Shown: positions 33,611 through 45,795 of the stretch, one piece after another
How the letters are laid out: each line of letters begins with the position of its first letter
How positions within the stretch are numbered: the stretch's first letter is position 1
Origin: Eledone cirrhosa
Lineage: Eukaryota
Assembly: GCA_964016885.1 (NCBI GenBank)
Contig: OZ024761.1
Location: forward strand, 3,596,001 to 3,660,000
DNA length: 64,000 nt
Reading direction: 5' to 3'
Position numbers and translations under genes: made by a program
Notes under the pieces: generated by a model
The model's database searches: none
What the model saw: the letters and a program-made list of their open reading frames with translations, nothing else
Told to the model about the DNA's origin: nothing

Positions 33611-33648
<38 letters not shown>

Positions 33649-33984
33649 CTCTGGTAGAGATATATATAAAGATATATACAGAGATACATAGAGCTATACA
33701 GCTACGGTACAGATATCTACATATCTCTCTCTCTCTCTCATATATATAAGAATATATGCAGATATATATAGCTAAGAGAGATATTTATATATAGATGTAA
33801 ATGTGGTTGGTGTTAGGAAGGGCATTCAGCCGTAGAAAACCTGCCAGATAGTCCTATATGAGTGAGACACAGTCACCTGACTAACCTTGCCTCAAGTGGT
33901 ACAACTCCCGTCTAACCCATGCTTGCGTGGAAGATGGACATTAAACGATGATGATGATATATATATATATATACAGATATATAC

Positions 33985-34747
33985 AAGTGGTTTTTCTCTA
34001 AAAGTGAAAGGCAGATTGTATGTTGGTTGCATACTAACGGCGATATTACATGGTAGTGAGACCTGGTCATTGTGGGCTGAAGACTTGTGTAGATTAGAAA
34101 GAAATGAAGCTTGCATGCTCCGATGGTAGTGTAATAATAATGTGAGCAAACAGCGAAGCATAAACGAATTGAGAGACTAAGCATAAGAGATATCAAATGC
34201 GTTCTGGAGAGGAGATTGCGTTGGTATGGCCATGTGATGCGTATGAAGGACGACAACTGTATAAAAAAGTGCAGGACAATGAAAAGTGATGGAAGTTACG
34301 GAGTGGGTAGACCAAGAAAAACCTGAGACAAGGTGATAAAAACTGACCTTGCTCACCTACACCTCCCTAAGACAATGTCACTGGATCAAGATCTTTGGTG
34401 CCATGCAGTTGTACAGAAGACCCACCTTCCCTTGCAAACCTAATCAGTAGGCACCTTAACCCAATATACACCCCAACCCCCCACCCTCTCATTGCAGTCC
34501 ACTGTGTCGGTGACAACAAAAAGCACCCAGTTCACATTGTAAGGTGGTCGTGTAGAAGACACGGTAAAAAGGCTCAGTCCACACTGTAAATGTGGTTGGT
34601 GTTAGGAAGGGCATCCAGCCATAGAAAACCTGCTGGGAACAGTTCTGTGCGAGCAAGACATGGTCTCCCGACCATTCCTGCATCATATGGAACAAAACCG
34701 TCTAACCCATGCTAGTGTGGAAAATGGACGTTAAACGATGATGATGA
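33985..34747 (+). mobile_element. 5'-truncated, decayed RTE LINE
   Basis: GFSLKVKGRLY...LHGSETW...[12 protein letters not shown] with stops; same 3' UTR and tail. Confidence 0.88.
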
Positions 34748-34770
34748 TATATATATATACAGATATATAC

Positions 34771-35154
34771 AGAGACACATGGCTTAGTGGTTAGAGCATT
34801 GGCCTTGCAATCGAAAGGTTGTGAGTTTAATTCTCAGACCGGGTGATGTGTTGTTTCCTTGATCAAGACACTTTATTTCACATTGCTCCAGTTTACTCAG
34901 CTGTAGAAATGAGATGATAGGGACTGGGGTCCCTATCATTCCACTGCAAAGTGGTCGTGGAGGTGCCACGGCAAAAAAGCACCCAGCCCACACTGTAAAA
35001 GTGGACGTGTAGGCGCCATGGAAAAAAAGCACCCAGCACTCACTGTAAATGAGGTTGGTGTTAGGAAGGGCATCCAGCTGTAGAAATCAAGCCAGAATCA
35101 GTTCCCGTCCCACCCTTGCAAGCAGGGAAAAGTGGACGTAAAATGAAATGATGA
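34771..35154 (+). mobile_element. tRNA-derived CORE-like SINE with RTE 3' tail
   Basis: Same family, with one extra copy of the 48-bp UTR repeat. Confidence 0.85.
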
Positions 35155-35327
35155 TATACAGATGTATATACAGCTAAGGTAGAAAAACTGTTGCTTTATT
35201 GCTCGTCCTTTTTCTCTCCAGTGATTTATTTCTAGATTATGTCTGGAGCTCTCCCATTGTTTCGTTATCATTAAATAAAAACAAATTTTAATTTAAATAA
35301 AAATTTGCATAAAAAACATCATCACAA

Positions 35328-36250
35328 CACCTACTTTACAATGTATACTGGGTGCTTTTGGTTGTGACACCTACACGACCACTCTACAGTGTGGACTATG
35401 TACTTTTTGTCGTGATACCTACACAACCACTCTACAGTGTGGACTGGGTGTTTTTTGTTGTGACACCTACATGACCACTCTACAGTGTGGACTGGGTGTT
35501 TTTTGTTGTGTCACCTACATGACTACTTTACAGTGTGGACTGGGTACTTTTTGTTGTGACACCTACATGACTACTTTACAGTGTATACTGGGTGCTTTTT
35601 GTCGTGACACCTACACAACCACTTTACAGTGTATACTGGGTGCTTTTTGTTGTGACACCTACACAACCACTCTACAGTATGGACTGGGTGCTTTTTGTTG
35701 TGTCACCTACATGACTACTTTACAGTGTATACTGGGTACTTTTTGTTGTCACCTACATGACCACTTTACAGTGTATACTGGGTACTTTTTGTTGTGACAC
35801 CTACATGACCACTTCCAGTGTATACTGGGTGCTTTTTGTTGTGACACCTACATGACCACTTTACAGTGTATACTGGGTGCTTTTTGTTGTGACACCTACA
35901 TGACCACTTTACAGTGTATACTGGGTGCTTTTTGTTGTGACACCTACACGACCACTTTACAGTGTATACTGGGTGCTTTTTGTTGTGACACCTACATGAC
36001 CACTTTACAGTGTGGACTGGGTGTTTTTTGTTGTGTCACCTACATAACCACTTTACAGTTTGGACTGGCTGCTTTTTGTCATGACACCTACACCATCACT
36101 TTACAGTGTGGGATGGGTGATTTTTGTCACGACACCTACATGACCACTTTACAGTGTGGGATAGGTGTTTTTTGTCATGACACCCACATGACCACTTTAC
36201 AGTGTGGGCTGGATGCTTTTTGTTAGGATACCAACACAACTTCCAGTGTA
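35328..36250 (-). repeat. 48-bp minisatellite derived from the RTE/SINE 3' UTR repeat
   Basis: Unit ccactttacagtgtggactgggtgctttttgttgtgacacctacacga is the reverse complement of the motif at 20470-20523. Confidence 0.85.
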
Positions 36251-37834
36251 AGGGTGGTGTGTACAGAAGGTGGTGGTTGGGTGGGTGTGTATGTATATAT
36301 ATATATATATATATATGTATCTAAAAGGTAAACAGAAATAACAACACAATTGGTACAGTATATGGAAGGGATATATTAGGTTAACGCTTGATATAGCAGG
36401 AAGAGGGTCTTAATGTTTCCGATGCTAGTCCATCAGAAGAAAGAATGAGAAATAAGATAAATTGAGGGGACGGGTGGGGTGGAATTAGAAAAAATGTTTT
36501 AGAGAAAAATAACAGGTCCATTCAAGTTGACATCTCTTGGATATATATATATATATTATACATGCGGCGAATTGGCAGAGTTGTTAGAACGTTAGATAGA
36601 ATGTTTTAAGGTATTCGTTCTGGCTCTCTAAGTTCAAATCCTGCAGAGGTCAACTTTGCCTTTCATCCTTTCGAGGTTGTTAAAAAAACTACCGGTCTAG
36701 TACTGGGGTAGATTCTTCCTCTATATCTCTTTCTCATTTTCCTCTCTCTCACTTTCTATCTTTCTCTGGAAGAAATCTGCTGTACTCACGCCTGGAGAGG
36801 GAAGGGCTCCGCCAGGCCTAAAATGCTCAAGAAACACCATATGTTAATACTGCGCCCCTACGACTATCAGGAGTTACGGGACCATACATACATTTATATT
36901 GTAGTTTAAATCCTCCCGGGACCAATTCTGCTTTTGTCCATAGAAAGCTGAATATAAAATGATTTCTGATTAAGGCATATGGCTAGCAAATTGGAAATAA
37001 AATGACCCCCAGCTCTATATTTTATCAACTTGACCCACGGCTAGCAAATTGAAAATAATAATTGTTTCTACTTTAGGCACAAGGCCAGCAATTACCCAGT
37101 GCATTACTGGTACTTTATTTTATCGACCCCGTAAGGATGAAAGGCAAAGTCAACCTCAGATCGTAAAGGGACGTAACTATGCTGGAAAGCATGGCGTCCG
37201 ACCCTCTACCGATACTGCCAATCCACCGCCCTATTGAAAATAATAATGACCCCCAGCCCTATATTTTACCAACTTGACCGAACCCTGCAAAAAATGAAAG
37301 GTAAAAATTGACCTCAGCAAGAATTGAACTCTCAAATCAAAGAACTTGCACAAATACTGCAAAGCATTTTATCCGACGCTCTATCGATTCTGTCAATCCA
37401 CCGCCACTCATTCAAATACTAGAGCTAAGTCACTTTTCCATTATTATATTGCTAATATAAAGACATTGCCTTTGGTCTGCAAATAATAATGAAAATAATC
37501 AAGAAATTGGAGCAATTTAGTAATGTAACTTTCTCATTATTTAGTTGTTTAGAACATAAAGGTTCATAGAAAAGAAATGATGATGGAGGGTGTTTTCAGA
37601 TGAATATGTTATAGGTGTATGGCCCCTTAACTCCTGAGGGAGTTGTAGTGGTGCCAACATACAGTAATTTTTAAAGACTGATGGAGCTCATCTGAACACA
37701 ACAGATTTCTTCCAGAGTATAATAGAAAGTGAGAGAGAGGGAGGATTGATGCCCCAGTACTTGACTGCTACTTTTTTTATCGACCTTCAATGGATGAAAA
37801 GCAATGAGCCAAAAGGAAATCTGCAAAGCAGATG

Positions 37835-38325
37835 TTCTAACGACTATCACTATCAAACATTCTAATGACTACAATTCTATCAAACATTCTACCAAACATT
37901 CTAACGATTACCACTATCAAACATTCTAACTACTGCCATTATATCAAACATTCTAACCACTACCATTCTATCAAACATTCTAATGACTGCCATTCTATCA
38001 AACAATCTAAACTACTGCCATTATATCAAACATTCTAACCACTACCATTCTATCAAACATTCTAATGACTGCCATTCTATCAAACAATCTAAACTACTGC
38101 CATTATATCAAACATTCTAACCACTACCATTCTAATGACTGCCATTCTATAAAACATTCTAACTACTACGATTCTATCAAACATTCTAATGACTGCCATT
38201 CTATCAAACATTCTAACAACTATGATTCTATCAAACATTCTAATGACTACCATTCTATCAAACATTCTAACCACCGTCACTCTATCAAACATTCTAACTA
38301 CTGCCATTCTATCAAACATTCTGCC
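37835..38325 (-). repeat. ~27-bp minisatellite derived from a SINE head
   Basis: Unit ctatcaaacattctaactactgccatt, lying between a SINE core (37750-37800) and a SINE 5' end (ctgccaattc, 38321). Confidence 0.8.
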
Positions 38326-40059
38326 AATTCGATGCCTTTTCAGATGTAAACTCTTCAAAATAAACAGCTTTGTTCCACAGAATCCAGGTTGGTTTCAGGT
38401 GTGTTGCTATCAACAGGGCTAAATCAACTGCACCCATTAAAGCACAACACCAGGCCTAGTACCTACATAAGAAAACCCCTTATTTATGTCCCAATGTCAG
38501 CTTTGCCATTCATCTTTCCAACTACAATAAAGTAGCAATCAAATTGTCTAATTAACCTCTCCCCATAACTGGTTCCGACGTCACTCTTTCCTGCTGGTGA
38601 CACTAGCAGTCTGTATTATACTTAAAGTAAATGGCCAGTGTCACAGCATCTAGTCAGAAAGAACCGGCCTCAACCAACCCATACAAATAAAGAATGGACT
38701 GCTGGACCTCCACTTCGGCAGTGGCACAAATGGCTGTTTCAATTCTTCAATCAATGGAACAGCCTGCTCATGAAATTAATGGAGTAAATGACTGAGCATT
38801 TCACAGACATGTACATCCTAATGGAGTTCTCAGGGAGATTCAGCCTATCAGAATATGTGACAAAGCTAGCTTTGAATTACAGGTATAGTCCAAACAACAT
38901 TTGTCTGCCCAATTTCACAGCTAAGACATGGGTCAACCCGGGGCTATGATAAATGATATTTGCCTAAGATGCTACACAGTGAGATTGAGTTCAATACCTA
39001 ACTGATTGCTAAGCAAACCTCTTAACTGTGTCCATAGGCATACAATATATACATATATCATCATTGCTGCCTAACTTTTATTACATACTATCATAGGTTA
39101 TACATACTGTCACAGGTTATACAAACTGTCACAGGTTATACAAACTGTCATAGGTTATACATACTGTCACAGTCTTACAGGCCAGTTTACTACTACTATC
39201 TTACTCATGCTTTGGGTCTGCTTTTCTAAAGCCAGATGCCCTTTCTAATGCCAACCATAGTGATGATGATAATGATGATTACAGGGCAGACAGTGTCATG
39301 GCACCAGTACAACCTTAGGGTAGACAGGGTGCTTTCTGTCATGGCACCAGTACAACCTTACAGAGTAGACAGGGTGCATTCTGTTGTGGCACCAGTACAA
39401 CTTTACAGGGTGAACTGAGTGCTTTCTGTCATGTCATCAGTCCAACAACGTTACAGGGTGGACTGGATGCTTTCTGTCATGGCACCAGTGCAACAACTTT
39501 ACAGGTATCTATCAAAAGCTTTCTCTAGGTCAACGAACGTCAGGTAGAGGGATTCAATATTATGTGAGGTAAAGCCTTTACCACAAAAATTCAATAGTAA
39601 ATATAGAGTAATGTAAATGTTATGTGAGATGATATGTGAGATGATATGTGAGATGATATGTGAGATGATATGTGAGATGATATGTGAGATGATATGTGAG
39701 ATGATATGCGAGATGATGTGCGAGATGATGTGCGAGATGATATGCGAGATATTATGTAAGGTAAAGCCTTTACTGTGAAAATACAATAGTATATATAGAG
39801 TAATGTAAATGTGATGCAAGATAATTATGTGAGGTCAACCTTTAGCACAAAAATACAATAGTATATATAGAGTAATGTAAATGCTAAAGGGTTAAATATT
39901 AATTGTAAAAAAGTTATATTTTAAAATGGTCTAGTGACTTTTGAACCATCCTGTATATGTCGTAGATATGTTCAGCAAACCTATGCCATCAGCCATCAAC
40001 ATTACAAAAGCTACAATGCAGATATTATGTATTAAAAAAATCTGTTTTAAAGATTAAAT

Positions 40060-40465
40060 TACTCAAGATCGCGAATACAAGCGGCTGAAATGGGGTTCCT
40101 CCAAAGGGTCTTTGGAGTAACGTTACTCAATAGAGTACGTAGCTCGGAGATCAGAGTCATTCCAAGTAGAGCCGCTACTTCTCTGAATTGAGAGATCACA
40201 GCTCCGATACTCTGGGCATGTGGTTAGAATGTCTCAAGAAAGAATCTTGCTGGACAGATTTTTTTCGGGCAAAACCAACAGGTAAGAGACCCAGGAGTAG
40301 ACCCCAAGCAAGATAGTTGGACAACATCCATGAGCTTGGCTGGTCTCGCTTGGAGGATCCAACCAGATCAGTTGGAAATGGTTGCCTCTGACAGGACCTG
40401 CTGGAAAGAGTATTTGAGGACTCTGCTCCAGGACCCTCTTAGGAATAAGTAGGCAAAGAAGATGA
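40060..40465 (+). mobile_element. Decayed 3' fragment of a second RTE-type LINE family
   Basis: RSRIQAAEMGFLQRVFGVTLLNRVRSSEIR, then GHVVRMSQER and GKRPRSRP motifs. Related fragments at 42060-42120, 45770-45945 and 46940-47255. Confidence 0.75.
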
Positions 40466-40499
40466 TTAAATAAATAGATGAAATATTCAAGATACTTAC

Positions 40500-40531
40500 A
40501 GTTCCTCACGCTGTCTTTGAGAGAGCACCAT
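40500..40531 (-). CDS. PAFAH1B1: LIS1 first coding segment MVLSQRQREE(L)
   Basis: cacc ATG GTG CTC TCT CAA AGA CAG CGT GAG GAA CT|gtaagt, strong Kozak context. Near-identical to the LIS1 start MVLSQRQRDEL. Confidence 0.95.
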
Positions 40532-40724
40532 GGTGTCGAAACAAAATCAGTAAACTACACACCACTCACAACAACTTTTAAATGTAAAAAGGTTATCGCT
40601 CGTGTACACAGTGTGCTTGTATTACAAGATGTAGAGAGTGAGGATTGCGTTGTCTTATTTCCAGCTTTAGTCCTAATAGCATCCAAAACTTAACACTTTT
40701 GGTTAGGCCACATTCTCACGAAAT
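40532..40724 (-). other. PAFAH1B1: LIS1 5' UTR portion of the ATG-containing exon, with two uORFs
   Basis: Polypyrimidine acceptor ttttttcttctatttttag|ATTTCG at 40724. uORFs at 40713-40690 (MWPNQKC*) and 40682-40593 (29 aa). Confidence 0.75.
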
Positions 40725-41264
40725 CTAAAAATAGAAGAAAAAAAATTTGTATTCAGTACAGAAACAGAAATAACAAAGCAAACACATTACAATGAAGAAA
40801 TATATTAGTTTTACACTTGATAGTAGGAAAAGAGAATGAGAAATAGAAAGATAGAGAAGAGTGGCCAGTGGTTGACCATATCTCCAGAATGTATGAGGGA
40901 GCAAAATTGTGAGCTAATCTTCAGGTGCTTATAGGCACTTTTGTTCCATGTATAAACATAAATGAATAATATATTTCTATATACATACATTATATATATA
41001 TACAGAGAGAGAATTTATATATTAAATGAAAGAAAAACTTTAATATGCTTAAATGTGTAGAGAGAGAAAGAGAGAGAAAGTGCGTGTGCATGCGTGTCCC
41101 TTATTTCTCATCATCATCGTTTAATGTCCACTTTCCCTGCTAGCATGAGTCAAACCATATACTGATGTTTTTCAATAACATGGGACCCCACCCCACATGG
41201 TAGGGCTAAGCTCTTCAAGAGGAAAAGATTAAATCAATCATAATACGCCATGTTTGTGTGTGTG

Positions 41265-41301
<37 letters not shown>

Positions 41302-41419
41302 CAGTCCACTGTGAGCAAGACAGTCACCTGATCTGGCTTGGCTCACAACAGGACAACTCGTCTAACCGATGCTAGCGGAGGAAAGTGGACGTTTAAACGA
41401 TGATGATGGTTATATATAT

Positions 41420-41456
<37 letters not shown>

Positions 41457-41563
41457 TCATCATTTTACGTCTGCTTTTTCCTGCTAATATATATATATAT
41501 TTATTAAAATAACAGATTATAGTTTAAGCAAAGAATCGCTGCTTTCACCCTTAACAGGATCTT

Positions 41564-41610
41564 CTGAAGATCCCGTTAAGGGTGAAAGCAGCGATTCTTT
41601 GCTTAATCTG
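41564..41610 (+). ncRNA. 5'-truncated hammerhead (family C)
   Basis: CTGAAGA T-CCC-GTTAA-GGG-T GAAA GCA-gcgattctt-TGC TT; the 5' strand of stem I is lost at the fold-back junction. Confidence 0.55.
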
Positions 41611-42117
41611 TTATTTTAATAAATATTTGCTCTACGGTTCTTATATATTTGATATATATTTATCCTTATCGAGCCCTCTTTGGATTTTAGTCTTCAAATT
41701 TATTATTATATTATCATTGAAGTGGAGAAAGCTGGTTGGTCAATTAATCTACCGACTGTAGTCATAAACAGACATAAAGCACTCTACGTCTTGTATTCCT
41801 TTAAGTATTATCAATAAGGTATCAACTGCAGTGTCAATATTATAAAAAAGAGAGAATTTTAAATGTACATCCATCTGTAACTCTTAAATTTACACACACA
41901 TACACAATACATTTTCTACATCAATTCTACATCAATTTATTACAATAAGTAGTTTTCTTTCAGTAACAAGGTCTTGAGTACTAAACCTACATTTGCCCCT
42001 GTAAATAGTTATTTCTCTGTGTAAAAGCCAAACTCGGTCTCTTCAATCCAGTGTTCATACCTATCTTTAGCGATAGTTATGCATTTTGGGTATTGACAAA
42101 TATGATTAGGTGAAATG

Positions 42118-45100
42118 GAGTTCCTTCAAAGGGTCTTTACAGTAACCTTACTTGATAGGGTGTGAAGTTCCTCCAAAGGGTCTTTACAGTAATCTTATTC
42201 AATAGGGTGTGGAGCTCCTCCAAAGGGTCTTTACAGTAATCTTATTCAATAGTGTGTGGAGTTCCTCCAAAGGGTCTTTACAGTAATCTTATTCAATAGG
42301 GTGTGGAGCTCCTCCAAAGGGTCTTTACAGTAATCTTATTCAATAGGGTGTGGAGCTCCTCCAAAGGGTCTTTACAGTAGCCTTATTCAATAGGGTGTGG
42401 AGCTCCTCCAAAGGGTCTTTACAGTAATCTTATTCAATAGGGTGTGGAACTCCTCCAAAGGGTCTTTACAGTAATCTTATTCAATAGGGTGTGGAGTTCC
42501 TCCAAAGGGTCTTTACAGTAATCTTATTCAATAGGGTGTGGAGTTCCTCCAAAGGGTCTTTACAATAATCTTATTCAATAGGGTGTGGAGTTCCTCCAAA
42601 GGGTCTTTACAGTAATCTTATTCAACAAGGTGTGGAGCTCCTCCAAAGGGTCTTTACAGTAATCTTATTCAATAGGGCGTGGAGCTCCTCCAAAGCGTCT
42701 TTACAGTAACCTTATTCAATAGGGTGTGGAGTTCCTCCAAAGGGTCTTTACAGTAATCTTATTCAATAGGGTGTGGAGCTCCTCCAAAGGGTCTTTACAG
42801 TAATCTTATTCAATAGGGTGTGGAGCTCCTCCAAAGGGTCTTTACAGTAATCTTATTCAATAGGGTGTGGAGCTCCTCCAAAGGGTCTTTACAGTAGCCT
42901 TATTCAATAGGGTGTGGAGTTCCTCCAAAGGGTCTTTACAGTAATCTTATTCAATAGGGTGTGGAACTCCTCCAAAGGGTCTTTACAGTAATCTTATTCA
43001 ATAGGGTGTGGAGTTCCTCCAAAGGGTCTTTACAGTAACCTTATTCAATAGGGTGTGGAGTTCCTCCAAAGGGTCTTTACAGTAATCTTATTCAATAGGG
43101 TGTGGAGTTCCTCCAAAGGGTCTTTACAATAATGGTTTCTTATATAGGCACAAGGCCAGCAATTTTGGGGGGAGGGAAAAGTCGATTAAATCGACTCCAG
43201 TGCGTGACTGGTACTTTATTTTATCGACCCGGTAAGGATGAAAGGTAAAGTTAACCTCGGCGGGAAATAGGGTGTGGAGCTCCTCCAAAGGGTCTTTACA
43301 GTAATCTTATTCAACAAGGTGTGGAGCTCCTCCAAAGGGTCTTTACAGTAATCTTATTCAATAGGGTGTGGAGCTCCTCCAAAGCGTCTTTACAGTAACC
43401 TTATTCAATAGGGTGTGGAGTTCCTCCAAAGGGTCTTTACAGTAATCTTATTCAATAGGGTCTGGGACTCCTCCAAAGGGTCTTTACAGTAATCTTATTC
43501 AATAGGGTGTGGAGTTCCTCCAAAGGGTCTTTACAGTAATCTTATTCAATAGGGTGTGGAGCTCCTCCAAAGGGTCTTTACAGTAACCTTATTCAATAGG
43601 GTGTGGAGCTCCTCCAAATGGTCTTTACAGTAATCTTATTCTATAGGGTGTGGAACTCCTCCAAAGGGTCTTTACAGTAATCTTATTCAATAGGGTGTGG
43701 AGTTCCTCCAAAGGGTCTTTACAGTAACCTTATTCAATAGGGTGTGGAGCTCCTCCAAAGGGTCTTTACAGTAATCTTATTCAATAGGGTGTGGAGCTCC
43801 TCCAAAGGGTCTTTACAGTAACCTTATTCAATAGGGTGTGGAGCTCCTCCAAAGGGTCTTTACAGTAACCTTATTCAATAGGGTGTGGAGCTCCTCCAAA
43901 GGGTCTTTACAGTAATCTTATTCAATAGGGTGTGGAGTTCCTCCAAAGGGTCTTTACAGTAATCTTATTCAATAGGGTCTGGAGCTCCTCCAAAGGGTCT
44001 TTACAGTAATCTTATTCAATAGGGTGTGGAGTTCCTCCAAAGGGTCTTTACAGTAATCTTATTCAATAGGGTGTGGAGCTCCTCCAAAGGGTCTTTACAG
44101 TAACCTTATTCAATAGGGTGTGGAACTCCTCCAAAGGGTCTTTACAGTAATCTTATTCAATAGGGTGTGGAACTCCTCCAAAGGGTCTTTACAGTAATCT
44201 TATTCAATAGGGTGTGGAGTTCCTCCAAAGGGTCTTTACAGTAACCTTATTCAATAGGGTGTGGAGTTCCTCCAAAGGGTCTTTACAGTAATCTTATTCA
44301 ATAGGGTGTGGAGTTCCTCCAAAGGGTCTTTACAATAATGGTTTCTTATATAGGCACAAGGCCAGCAATTTTGGGGGGAGGGAAAAGTCGATTAAATCGA
44401 CTCCAGTGCGTGACTGGTACTTTATTTTATCGACCCGGTAAGGATGAAAGGTAAAGTTAACCTCGGCGGGAAATAGGGTGTGGAGTTCCTCCAAAGGGTC
44501 TTTACAGTAATCTTATTCAACAAGGTGTGGAGCTCCTCCAAAGGGTCTTTACAGTAATCTTATTCAATAGGGTGTGGAGCTCCTCCAAAGCGTCTTTACA
44601 GTAACCTTATTCAATAGGGTGTGGAGTTCCTCCAAAGGGTCTTTACAGTAATCTTATTCAATAGGGTCTGGGGCTCCTCCAAAGGGTCTTTACAGTAATC
44701 TTATTCAATAGGGTGTGGAGTTCCTCCAAAGGGTCTTTACAGTAATCTTATTCAATAGGGTGTGGAGCTCCTCCAAAGGGTCTTTACAGTAATCTTATTC
44801 AATAGGGTGTGGAACTCCTCCAAAGGGTCTTTACAGTAATCTTATTCAATAGGGTGTGGAGTTCCTCCAAAGGATCTTTACAGTAACCTTATTCAATAGG
44901 GTGTGGAGCTCCTCCAAAGGGTCTTTACAGTAATCTTATTCAATAGGGTGTGGAGCTCCTCCAAAGGGTCTTTACAGTCATCTTATTCAATAGGGTGTGG
45001 AGCTCCTCCAAAGGGTCTTTACAGTAACCTTATTCAATAGGGTGTGGAGTTCCTCCAAAGGGTCTTTACAGTAATCTTATTCAATAGGGTGTGGAGTTCC

Positions 45101-45795
45101 TCCAAAGGGTCTTTACAGTAATCTTATTCAATAGGGTCTGGAGCTCCTCCAAAGGGTCTTTACAGTAATCTTATTCAATAGGGTGTGGAGTTCCTCCAAA
45201 GGGTCTTTACAGTAATCTTATTCAATAGGGTGTGGAGCTCCTCCAAAGGGTCTTTACAGTAACCTTATTCAATAGGGTGTGGAGTTCCTCCAAAGGGTCT
45301 TTACAGTAATCTTATTCAATAGGGTGTGGAGCTCCTCCAAAGGGTCTTTACAGTAATCTTATTCAATAGGGTGTGGAGCTCCTCCAAAGGGTCTTTACAG
45401 TAACCTTATTCAATAGGGTGTGAAGTTCCTCCAAAGGGTCTTTACAGTAATCTTATTCAATAGGGTGTGGAGCTCCTCCAAAGGGTCTTTACAGTAATCT
45501 TATTCAATAGGGTGTGGAGCTCCTCCAAAGAGTCTTTACAGTAACCTTATTCAATAGGGTGTGGAGTTCCTCCAAAGGGTCTTTACAGTAACCTTATTCA
45601 ATAGGGTGTGGAGTTCCTCCAAAGGGTCTTTACAGTAATCTTATTCAATAGGGTGTGGAGTTCCTCCAAAGGGTCTTTACAGTAATCTTATTCAATAGGG
45701 TGTGGAGTTCCTCTAAAGGGTCTTTACAGTAACCTTACTTTATGGGGTGTGGAGCTCCTCCGAAGGGTGTCTGAAGTAACCTTACTTGATAGAGT
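42118..45795. repeat. 47-bp minisatellite expanded inside an RTE fragment
   Basis: Unit ggagttcctccaaagggtctttacagtaatcttattcaatagggtgt; a single-copy homologue lies at 40092-40140. Confidence 0.95.

Noticed and set aside
42118-45795. CRISPR-like regular repeat appearance (also 1745-5697 and 48650-50470)
   Set aside because: Head-to-tail units with no unique spacers, no cas genes, eukaryotic context.
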